Origin: Ministeria vibrans ATCC 50519
Lineage: Eukaryota > Protista > Filasterea
NCBI GenBank assembly: GCA_943704425.1
Contig: CALSCP010002753.1
Coordinates: 1 to 39,455, forward strand
Reading direction: 5' to 3'
DNA length: 39,455 nt
Shown here piece by piece: positions 12,918 to 23,014 of this stretch; the first letter of the stretch is position 1, and each line of letters starts with the position of its first letter. A program made the translations under genes and the position numbers. The notes beneath the pieces are model-generated. The model worked only from the letters and a program-made list of their open reading frames with translations. It made no database searches and was not told where the DNA came from.

Positions 12918-13830
12918 GATAACTAGACAAAACACGTACCAAGTCGCCCTCGACAAGGAGGAGCTTTCGCTCTGCGCCGTTGGCACGGTTCTCTGCGTCG
13001 TTAAACTGCTCCTTGAGCGCGGCAATCTCGTCACGGAGCACCGACAACTTGTCCGTGTCCGAGTCCTGCTTGTTCTCAAAGATCCTAAGAGGAATAACCA
13101 AGATGTCAACAGGTGGTGAAGCGGCAATCTTTGTATGTTTGTTTGTTGCCGGTTTACTTCTTCTCACGCTCAAGCTCATCACCACGCTTGTCCGCGTCTT
13201 CAAACTACGCAAATAGTTTATATGTCAGCATATGAAGCGAGTCGCGTCTAGGCCATCCCTCTCGCTGTCGCTGTCTCTCTCGTGTCTCTCTCACCTTGAC
13301 CGCGAGTTCCTGGGCTCGGGACTGTGCGGACTCAAGCTCGTCCTCGAGGAGCTGAACGCGCCTTGACAGGCTCTCAAGCTGTTTCTCGGCCTCGTCGGCG
13401 CGCGACCTCTCCTGTGCCAGGTCAGCCTCCGCCGCCTCAGCGCGATCCTTGGCGTTGTCACACTCGTCGCGGAGCGCCGCCATCTTCTTCTTGATTGCTT
13501 CCATTGCTGTATGTGTAGGTGGTTGGAGATACAAAAAATATAACTACAAAGAGAGAGAGAGAGAAAGAGAGGTTTAGCCTCAAAAAATGTGACAAACAAT
13601 CCAAAAAAAAAAAAAAAAAAGAAGAGAAGCAAAAGGGAAAACGGTTTGACGAGACTTGCGGGGAGCAACTCCAGGGAGGAAAGACATCAGAGAAGGCTAG
13701 GACGGCGCTTGATGCGGCTCACCTTGTGCAGGTAGCGCTCGTCGACACAGGCGGGGGCTGGTTCGCTTGGTGGAATCGCTTGGAGCTTTCGCAGCCATTG
13801 GACGACCACACCGCAATCGCTGCCGCTCAT
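6012..13830 (-). CDS. PIX/Cool-type Rac/Cdc42 GEF (ARHGEF6/7-like: CH-SH3-DH-PH-coiled coil). Exons 13830-13723 (proposed), 9127-8189, 8020-6719, 6662-6181, 6105-6012
   Basis: CH core [19 protein letters not shown]; SH3 ALAEYDY...ELTL...[20 protein letters not shown]; [12 protein letters not shown]...[16 protein letters not shown]; C-terminal coiled coil [13 protein letters not shown] and tail ETEA resemble beta-PIX. Exons 2-5 are solid; the distant exon 1 is inferred from homology and phase. Confidence 0.85.
6406..6458 (-). repeat. (CAG/CAA)n encoding polyQ in PIX
   Basis: tgc/tgt repeats on the + strand. Confidence 0.9.
9625..10144 (-). CDS. RING-HC plus partial TRAF/SIAH-type Zn finger protein (RNF41/TRAF/PDZRN-like N-terminus); 3' end lost at N gap. 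Exons 10144-10114, 9942-~9625
   Basis: [10 protein letters not shown]|S joins in phase 1 to [38 protein letters not shown]...CPVDR...[14 protein letters not shown]...DHLPGC. Confidence 0.8.
10273..12252 (+). CDS. UBQLN: Ubiquilin/Dsk2 (UBL-STI1-UBA), 6 exons
   Basis: UBL ([16 protein letters not shown]...[11 protein letters not shown]); Met/Gln-rich STI1 repeats ([26 protein letters not shown]); UBA ([38 protein letters not shown]). Confidence 0.93.
12424..13504 (-). CDS. TPM: Tropomyosin, 240 aa. Exons 13504-13295, 13204-13158, 13084-12940, 12825-12668, 12586-12424
   Basis: N-terminus [11 protein letters not shown]...[11 protein letters not shown]; [11 protein letters not shown]; EGDLERAEERV; C-terminus [12 protein letters not shown]. 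Exons sum to an open 723 nt. Confidence 0.92.
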
Positions 13831-14175
13831 GACTGTGACTGGGATGAGATGTATTGAACGATGGTGGGCCGCGTTAGACAAGTAACTAACTAAAAGTAAG
13901 TAAAAAGTGTGAATTGTGAAAGACTGAAAGTGTGAAAACAAACTTCGTAACCATTTCGTGAATGTTTGGATCGGGAATAAAATTCGGGACTGATTGTCAA
14001 GAAAATCACAGCCTTTGTGAGGGAGTGTAGAACCCTAAGAAAAGGGGCGCAATCCAGGAGCGAAGCCCAGTAGCCTACCTCAAAGCCTCAAACAAACTGT
14101 GAAACAGTGTACCAAATAGGTCTCGCATGTTATTCAACTTATATTATTATTATTACTTTTGTCTCCCCCAACTTC

Positions 14176-14706
14176 ATGACGTGGCTCCAACAACTAATTG
14201 ACGACATTACACCGACTTTGTGGATGGCAGGGCGCGTCAACGCGCTTCTGTTGGTCGTCTTTGTCGTGTCGGCCATTCTCATCAATTTTTACTCGCGCGC
14301 TGTGGGTGCTCACGACGATGCCCCGACCGCACCGCCCTCGCGCCCGACGCACCCAACGGAGGAGGAGCATTTGCTCGACGCGTCGGCGCCCGCGAAAGCC
14401 AAGCGTGCGAGCCGCCGCACCACTTCAACAGAAGAGGGCTCTTCGCATGTCGCAGCCACCGCAACGCGTCGCAGCCGTTCGCCAGCGCGCCAGCACACCT
14501 CTGCCGCACGCACTCGCAGCGTGTCCCCAGTGCGCACCCGCAGCTCGTCGCCTGCTCGGTCGCGTAGCAAGTCTCCCTCAAGGGCAAAGCGAGCGACTAC
14601 CGCCACTGCATCGACAACGACCACATCAACAACAACTTTAAACGTGCTGGAGAGACAGCCTCGACACCGCAAGACTCCCTTGAAGATATTGAGAATGTAC
14701 GAGTGA
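14176..14706 (+). CDS. Hypothetical single-TM protein with Ser/Arg/Thr-rich basic tail
   Basis: GC-rich intronless ORF from ATG 14176, with hydrophobic ALLLVVFVVSAILINFY followed by repeated RS.SP motifs. No family recognised. Confidence 0.6.
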   Translation: MTWLQQLIDDITPTLWMAGRVNALLLVVFVVSAILINFYSRAVGAHDDAPTAPPSRPTHPTEEEHLLDASAPAKAKRASRRTTSTEEGSSHVAATATRRSRSPARQHTSAARTRSVSPVRTRSSSPARSRSKSPSRAKRATTATASTTTTSTTTLNVLERQPRHRKTPLKILRMYE

Positions 14707-14821
14707 GACAAGGGCAAGGCACCTTGCTTCACTGCCGCTCTCCTTCTCACTCGTTCACACTCAAGCAATGTTTAATGTATAGCTATTATTATTACTATTA
14801 TTATTAATTTTGTTGTTATTA

Positions 14822-15875
14822 TTATTGATTCTTCTTCTGAGCAGTCGCATTCCAGTACCACACAATCTGTGCAGCCAACACAAAATTCAGCGCAACCGCC
14901 GAGACGAACCCAGCAAGAATAAGCTGGTCGTCAACCTCCTGGAGCGTGGTGAAGACGCGCGCAGCAGTGCCACCCAGGTTGAGAAACGCCGTAATGGCAC
15001 TGAGCACTCCCGTGTTGCCCGCCACAAAGTTTTGAATGATCTACACACGCTACAGATTAGCCTCCTCCCACCTTGGTGTATTGGTGTTTCGTGGGTTACT
15101 TGAGGGACTTTGCTTGCGGCCACAATGAAAATGGTGGAGGCTTGGAGGTACTGAAGAATCTCAAGGGAGACGTATCCGCTGTAGATAAGCCCATAGACCA
15201 GTGCAGCAATCGCACCAAGTGCAACAACGCCCGCGACCGACTTGCCGCCCAGGTGGAGCATCAGGAAGAGGATCACTGCGTTGCCAAACACGAGGAATAG
15301 CGATTCGCCCCAAGTGCTACATGACAATGTGTGAGAGAGATATTGATAGAGAGAGAGAAAAAAAAAATGTATGTATGTGTGTGGGTGTATGTATGTGTCT
15401 TGTTAGACAATGTATGTTGGACAATGTACCTAAACGCAAACTCGTTGGCGACGTTGTAGGCGACAATAAAGACACAGGCAATGATCTCCAGGAGCACCGA
15501 CAGCAAACTCAGTCCCTTGCCCGAACCAGCGCGCACAATGTTCACAATCTGCGGCAACTTGACTAGACAGCGTGAGAGTGGAGCGTGTCACAAGGCGTCG
15601 AGGATCAAGGAGACGCGTGTGCACTCACCAATCAGCGCACCCAGCACAACAACAAGCCCAAGCGCTTTGCTCACGGCGAGCTTCACACACGGCACTACAG
15701 AGAAGCGGAGTGAGGCAGAGAGGAGAGCGGCGTGTGTGGCATGGGAGGATCAGACGGTAGGGCGTTCACGCGTGAGTGGCGAGTGCAGTGGTATACCGTC
15801 GATTTCGACATTGAGAAACTTCTCGGCGCACTCGGCACCGATGAATTCGGAAAGTACTGTACTGATCGCCTCCAT
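14822..15875 (-). CDS. MPDU1: Mannose-P-dolichol utilization defect 1 (PQ-loop) protein, 5 exons
   Basis: CVKLAVSKALGL...VKLPQI...SGKGLS...FSTWGESLFL...SKVPQIIQNF...NTGVLSAIT...ARVFTTLQEVDD; two PQ loops; dilysine-like end KKNQ. Confidence 0.9.
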
Positions 15876-16127
15876 TTGTGGTGTGAAGGAGGTAGGAAGA
15901 CGGAAAAGAATAAGAAATACTCCAAAGTCCAATGACTTATTTATTTTACTTGACTAAGATGATGTAAATCATTATCTGCCAGTAAGTGTAAGCTGTAAGT
16001 GTCATTAGTGAATATTCAATAGTGATTAGTCATTACTGTCAAGCGTCAACCGAGTGGTCTGAGTCCCATTGCCTACAACTAAATCAATCATAGGATCATT
16101 TCAAAAATCAAAATCATTCATGTTTGT

Positions 16128-18210
16128 ATGTTCCCCTCACCAGTACGACTGCCTCCCTGCCTTTCCGCACAGATTAAAACTATTCCACTATACACATAGA
16201 TCCCCGCGGTGACAAGGGTCCGCGCTCCCGTGGAAGACGTCACTCGAATAGAAAGAGTGCCAAGAACAAGTGATCAGTTTGTCGCTCTTGCCGATGCCCC
16301 CGTCAACAACGTGTACGTGCGTCAACTTCCAGGCGATGCGGACACGCAGGACACGTCGGCACGACAAGTGCGGGGCGTGTGTTACTCCTCCGTGCGTCCC
16401 TGTGCCTTTCCCAAAGCCCAAATGGTAACACATCTTTTTTTGTTCTTTGGTCTCTCACCGCAACAAAGTGCAGCTCCATGTCAGCGCATCAGCCGGATCC
16501 CTGCTAAGCATTTATCCGTCAGAGTTTGAAACGGACGAATTCCTTCGCCTCATCTCAGGCACGGATCTTTCAGGTACCAACAAACAAACAAACAATGTAA
16601 TCTCCCACCCCCAAGCGCAACACAAACCGCCCTCCCCGCTCCCCCCACCGCTGCCACCGCTGCCTGCCTTATGCACTCGAAGTTTTGTGGTGTCATCGAT
16701 CTGCACGCAGACCCGAACAACCCGCACGGCCTCAAAAAGGAGTCATCTACTGAATAACAAAGTAACTCCCTAGCCATTCCCGATTGCCAACCGTGGGCCA
16801 GTGTCTACGCAGGTCATCAGTTTAACATATTTGTCCCTCAACTGGGCGACGGGCGAACAGTGACGCTTTGTCAACTCACACCAAGACAAGAGCCTTTACT
16901 CGAGCTGCAACTCAAAGGTTCGATATTATAATTGTTTGTTTTTTCATCACCCGTTCTTACTCTATGCAATTAGGGTGTGGTCGAACACCGTTCAGTCGCA
17001 CCGCAGACGGCCGGGCAACTCTACGCGGGTGTGTGCTAGAGTATGTGATGAGCGAGGCGCTCTTTCATCTGCGTCTGTTTCCCGCAGTGCGCGCAGTGTG
17101 TCTTGCGGCTACACACGAACAGCTCACGCGCGACTGGACCCTCCCCGCCCACACCCTGCTCCCCGGTGGTCTTCTCTGTCGCGCCGCTCCCTCCTTCATC
17201 CGCTTTGGATCCTTTGAGCACCATTCGGCTGCGCGTCAGACGGCCCTTGTACGTCGTCTCGCAGACTACTCTATTGCCCACCACTTCCCTCACATTCCCA
17301 CTGACTCTCCCGATCGCTATGCCCTCTTCTTTGCCTCTGTCTGTGCCGACACTGCAAAACTTGTTGCCACATGGCAAGTGTACGGCTTCATTCACGGTCA
17401 GAAAAGGGGAACCACGCACGTTTGAAAGTGAAGTTCGCTAAATATTTTTTTTTCTCGATAGGCCTGATGAATAGTGACAACATGTCCATCTGTGGAATCA
17501 CACTTGACTTGGGCACAAGCTCGTTTCTGCGCGCATACACACCCAAAGCAGTTTCGTGTGAGCAGCACAGCGATGCAGCGGGTTTGTATGCGTACGAGCG
17601 ACAGCCAATTGTGGCCCACCTCAACCTGACTCGACTGGGGAGTGCGCTTGGAAGTGTTTTGCCGGGTTCATTGGCACAGTTGGCGCTTGATGCGTACTGG
17701 GAAACGGTCAATGGGTTGTTTTTGGAAGGAATGCGACGCAGATTAGGATTGGAAGGAGCCGAGAACGTGCGCGAGGATCGGTCGTTGGTGGTGGCCCTGC
17801 TAAAGGCTCTTGAAAGTGCACAGGTGGACCTCAATGTATTCTGTCGCACGCTTGCCACTGCATCCGAAGGGTGTGTTGCATACGCACATGAGGCGCTTGT
17901 GGACTGGCTTGGTCTGTACCACAAGCGAATTGGTCCTGAGACGACTGAGGAACGTGAGACGCGACGCACTCGCATGTGTGCCGTCAATCCCGCAGTGATT
18001 GTGCGCTCTGCACACATTGACCATATCATGGCCGCACTCGATGATGACACTAATGATGACGATCAACTCGGCGAGCATAATAATGAGGATCGACTGGGCG
18101 AGCATTGTCGTCTTCCGCGTCGATATGCAGAGTTGAAGCGTCGCTGCACTGCACTCATTGATCGTCTCTCGCGTCCCTTTCAATCAGAGTCATCTCTTTT
18201 TGACCTGTAG
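16128..18210 (+). CDS. SELENOO: SelO/YdiU-family pseudokinase (AMPylase)-like, ~551 aa. Exons 16128-16142, 16200-16424, 16474-16573, 16774-16917, 16974-17396, 17462-18210
   Basis: YAGHQF...QLGDGR, ELQLKGCGRTPFSRTADGRA, PSFIRFGSFE, WQVYGFIHGLMNSDNMSI.GITLDLG, MCAVNP. Exon 1 is less certain. Confidence 0.88.
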
Positions 18211-18381
18211 CTCTTTTTATAGTATATTACAAAGGTGTACTCAACCATTGTCGTTAATCAAAACATCATAATTATAAAAATTTAAAGTTAGTATAAACAG
18301 AGAAAGAAAGGGTGTATTCATGTGAACAGTTGTGAATTGGGATTGTTGCTGTTGTTGTTGCTGATGATGTTTTTTTTTTTT

Positions 18382-19732
18382 TTACACGGCGAGTGGACGC
18401 ATCTGCTGGGCACGCTCACGCTTCGCTTCGTCAGAGAGGGGTCGCTTGAAAATGAGCACATGTGGCTCGGGTGTGTGGATCATGTAGTGTACCCACCCAA
18501 GTGACTGTTGAACTCCCTAAACATAACTCACATATTTGAGTGTCGAAGTGAGGAAACAACATGCCGCTCGGGCTCTTACCAAATTTCGCCATTCTGTCTC
18601 AGACATCAGTCGTTTCGGAACAAGCTTTAGCAGACGGCGCGGCAAAATAACATGTCTATAAAACAAAAACAACCCCTCATAAGAAGTGCACAGATTCGAA
18701 AGCACTGGGCAAACAAAATAATATATATATACCCTTGCACCCAAGGATACAAGTGTACGGAGAGCAAAAGACTCTCCACAACAACGTTCAAATCACAACA
18801 AACTTGCATCTCCTCGGTTACAATTCGAATGACATGTGTCCTCCAACAAGAGATTTCGAATTCTCAAAAATGCGAATTTGTACATCCATGTCAAAAGAAG
18901 AAACCTCGTCACGCACAGCAAAGAGAACAGAAAGACTCAAATTCTGAGAAAACAGCATTTTTGACAGGACCAGATGTCTGCGATTTTTTGAAAATTCAAA
19001 TATGGGGAAAAGCCAATTTGGCTCTTAGAGAACGAACATGCAGTAACGTATACGTATGCAAATAGACTTAATAGCTATTTTCGTGGCAGTCGCTTGGCCA
19101 TAGCACCTTGGAGCTGGCGAAGAAATGCGAAATCGCATAAAACACACTTTTTCAAAAAAAAAACCACGGCAGTCCAAAATAAAAGACACAATAGCTGCGT
19201 AGATATCCACGCCGGGATGGCAGCACGATCGCCTCGGAAAGGAGGGGCAGGCGGGTGAAACGCGGCAAAGGATGGCTGTCGAAGGGCACAACACACAAAA
19301 AGAAGGAACGCGAAAAAAAAAATTATTATTATACTTTTTGTTTGGCCAAAAAATTTGCCAGAAAAGACTAATGAGCATACGGGTGAGGGGCTTATGGCGG
19401 GACACACCGCCCACGAATGCGTCAGGCAGCCATGCACGCGGGACCGCTGCGCGGCGGGATCGACGACAAAGAGGATTGCGCGCGCGTTTCAAAAAAAAAA
19501 AAAAAAAATTCGAAACACATATTATCGCAAGAGACAAGCCCAAACAGCACAAAGGGAGGGGGGCGAGGGGGCTCGGAACACAGCGGGCGACGGGGCAGGC
19601 CCGGTGCAGGGCGGCAAGACGCGCAGCGCATTTGAGTTTCGAGCGTGTTTCGTACCGGTACTCAAATTCTTCGTCGTAGTATTTGTCAGAGTACTTGATG
19701 CGTTCTTCTTCGGCGTATTCGTCGTCCGACAT
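18382..19732 (-). CDS. CKS1: Cyclin-dependent kinase regulatory subunit, 95 aa. Exons 19732-19656, 18655-18580, 18516-18382
   Basis: [15 protein letters not shown]|HVILP...[11 protein letters not shown]|[26 protein letters not shown]. Confidence 0.95.
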
Positions 19733-20165
19733 GGTATGTATATAGTATATTATATAGATTCACAAAAAAAAAGCAGAGAGAATTAACTGAAAATATTTGA
19801 ATTTTTAATTTTTAATTCAAAGATTCAAGACGTAGTTGATTGATCCTCTCTCCTCCAAACTCTCTCTTCTAAACTCAAATATGCTAAGCTGCTAATCGCT
19901 CCTTGATCGCTATTTATTCGCTCTTCATGCACGAGGCACACGATCAGCTTCAAGAACAACGTCCAAGGTGTGAAGGATCTGAAGGTGATCTGAACGAACA
20001 ATACAGCACAAGTGCAATCGAAGTGCAATCACACCCATGTCCCCAGAGGCCAGAGCAAGCTTAGTATTTGGCTTACAGCTTTGACAAGCTGTAACAAGAT
20101 TTAGTGGCTGAAACCTTCAAATGAATCATAAAAAAGTGAAAGATTTGTATTATTGGTTCAGAAAT

Positions 20166-22293
20166 TCAGAAAATCTCTGCCTTGTCGAGGGACACCATCT
20201 CAAGCACACGCCAGGCAGAGCGCGGGTCAAAGATAGACTGGTCGCGACACAGGGCCATCACATACATCACAAGATCAATCTTATCCTACAAAAGTATGAA
20301 GTCAGTGCACATTGCAGTGCATTAATGAGTGAGCGAGCGTGTTCTTACGACATCTCCTTCAATAATCTTTCCAGCTTTGTCGCGCAGAACACTGTTCTGT
20401 TGTGCTCCAAATGTCATAATCATCACTGGTCCCTGGTCCAAAATCTTTCCCGACAGAATCTGTCACAGCACAATAAGTGAGTCACACAGAGAGTGTGTGT
20501 GTGGTGTGTTTGTGTGAATAAGCAGCTTACGTTGACATCGCGAATATCGAGAATCTTCACATCGGGTTTAAGACCGTCGCGACAACTGTACTCGTAATTG
20601 GACTTGAGCATATTGAATGCCTAACCAGAAAAGAGAGACAGAGAGAAAGAGAGAGTTAGTGGAGAGAGTGAAAGAAAGACATAATCACAAAGAGTGAAAC
20701 AGATGAGTGAGCACGACCAACAATGACCAAAACAAGTGAGAGCGCAATCAAAAAAAAAACAAGTGAGAAAGCGCAAAAGGAAAAAAAAAAACACCCAGTC
20801 GCTACCCCTTCATGACACCAGTCCTTGAGCGTCGGCAGATCGCCTTGCACAAAAGCCTCGAGAACCGTCGGAATAATCCTGCGCTCCACATCATCCAGAA
20901 AAGCGTCTTCACTAAACGACGGGTCGATCTTGGTGATCTCCCGCAGTGCTGTTGCCGTTTCCGTCTCACTGAACATCTGCCCAAACGAGCCAGTGATGCG
21001 CTCGCCAATTGAACGGGTTGCGCGCGCAAACAGTGAGTCGCTCTCGTCAAACCCTTTCTTGGCATCAAACATCCGCTGCATCAGCACGGAGTTGTCGCGC
21101 CACTCCTGCCACTGCGTCTGCCACGTCGAGTCCTTGTGCAACGTCACCTGCTGCTCGTCCGTGTTCTCTTTGTACACCTTCACTGGCTCTTCTTCGACTC
21201 CTTCCGCACTTGCAGACTCTGCACTCCCCTCCGCACCTACACAAAGAGTCCATCAGCATGTTGTGATGGCTATCCGCACACTCATACTGCGCTTTTGGAG
21301 TCGCTCTGGCTTCTGATACGGTGCAGACGATCGCGCTGCCTTGTCAAACAGCTCTTCCTTCACCTTCGAAACTTTGCCAGTGACTCCTAAAACACAATCA
21401 GTCCAGCTCCTCTATCACTTTTGGTTTCTTTCCCTCTTTTATTTTATTTTATTCACTCTCACTGTGTTTCTTCTCCCTTCTTTTTCACTCTCTCTCTTTA
21501 TCACTGTGTTTCTTCTCCCTTCTTTTTCCCTCACACGCACACGTATTGACAACGTACCTTTCACAAGAGGGTTACTAGCAACCTTCTCCGTGGTCTTGGC
21601 AGCCGCCTCAGCAGCTTTACGTGCCCTCTCGGTGGTCGAGCTCATGTTGGGCATCTCAGGCATCTCCTTCGAAATGTCCTTGGTCACTTCCGACGCCTTG
21701 CCCATCGTGGCCGACACCGCTTTGCTCAGGGCCTCGCGTAACTCGGTGAACCGCGACGACACGGTCGATGATACAGTCGTCCGCACGGTGTCTACGCCAA
21801 ACATACATGAGCTGTGAGTTGTCGACATCTTTCTCTCCTCCCTCTCCCACCTGTTGCTTGTCCAAGAGTCTCTTTCGTCTTCTGCACAGACTCACTCTTG
21901 GCAATGGACTCCTTCTGCTTCTGCAGCTCGGCAAGCCCTTCTTTGATGTCCTACACGCGCACAGTGACCCGTCTCCATCAGCCACAACGTGACACAATCG
22001 CCAAATCGCCCACCGCACCTTGTTCTTCTTCAATTCTGTCTGTAAATTGTCCCAGAAGTTCTTAAAAATGTCGCTTCGATGGCGCACGGGCTGTCCGAGA
22101 CAGGGAAGCGCGCTGGATGCCGGCGAAATCGAGCCGGTCATTTCTACACGGAAAAAGTGTGTTAGCTCACGAAATCCTGAGACACAGGCAGTCTCCAGGC
22201 ATCACGAGAGTGATCCCACCACAAGAATCAACGCAGGCCAGCAGCACACAGATCACACGAAAGGGGTTCGTGCAAAACGATATTTTGTCAGGT

Positions 22294-22325
<32 letters not shown>

Positions 22326-22406
22326 GTCATTGTTGCTTGTCGCCTCACCTGATCTCCCGGCCGCACGTACGCCGCGCAATGTAGTTGAGGCACACAGTCG
22401 AAACAT
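20166..22406 (-). CDS. TIM44: Mitochondrial import inner membrane translocase subunit Tim44, multi-exon
   Basis: Arg-rich presequence MFRLCASTTLRGVRAA; LHKDSTWQTQWQEWRDN; FSETETATALREITKIDPSF...IIPTVLEAF..GDL..LKDWCHEG; LCRDQSIFDPRSAWRVLEM. Confidence 0.92.
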
Positions 22407-22522
22407 GTCAAAATGAAAAATTAACTGAAGAAGAAAGACATTTCCAATTTATTATCACAATTATTGTGTTTCTTTTCTTTAGTTCTACAGGGGAATACCA
22501 AATATCAAACATATAACAAACG

Positions 22523-22524
<2 letters not shown>

Positions 22525-22601
<77 letters not shown>
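22525..22601. repeat. (CA)n microsatellite abutting an N gap
   Basis: Direct reading of the sequence. Confidence 0.95.
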
Positions 22602-23014
22602 NNNNNNNNNNGGAAAAAAAAAAAAAAAGAATAGAACGGAAAGGGAGGGCGAGAGAGGGAGAAGAGACGGGCACATCGCCAGACTATGGGCGATTTTCCA
22701 AACGTACCTGTAAAGAAAAAAAAAAACAGTGCGTAATGAGATGATTTATGAAATGATCAACACAACACAACACAAGAGAACAAAATTATTTATTTCTCAC
22801 ATCACGTCTATGAGCGTACCTCGACACCTTGAGAAATACATGTGTCTACTGATTCCCCCCTGATGAGTGATGACCAGCGCTATTACGACAATTTTCATTT
22901 TTGTGTCTTCAATTGAGTGTCCATTTCAAAAAAATAACAAGTTCATTATAATAATAATAAATTATTCTGTTCATACAACCGTGAGAAGGGAGCTCGGGCG
23001 GGGTTCCCTCATTC

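Noticed and set aside
18211-18380. SECIS element downstream of the SelO-like gene
   Set aside because: There is no in-frame UGA to recode, and the short AT-rich 3' region shows no evident SECIS stem.
21430-21530. Short direct repeats in the TIM44 intron (tcactgtgtttcttctcccttcttttt x2) and the ANK-MYND intron 25310-25460, as mobile elements
   Set aside because: No terminal inverted repeats, target-site duplications or coding capacity; they look like local slippage duplications.
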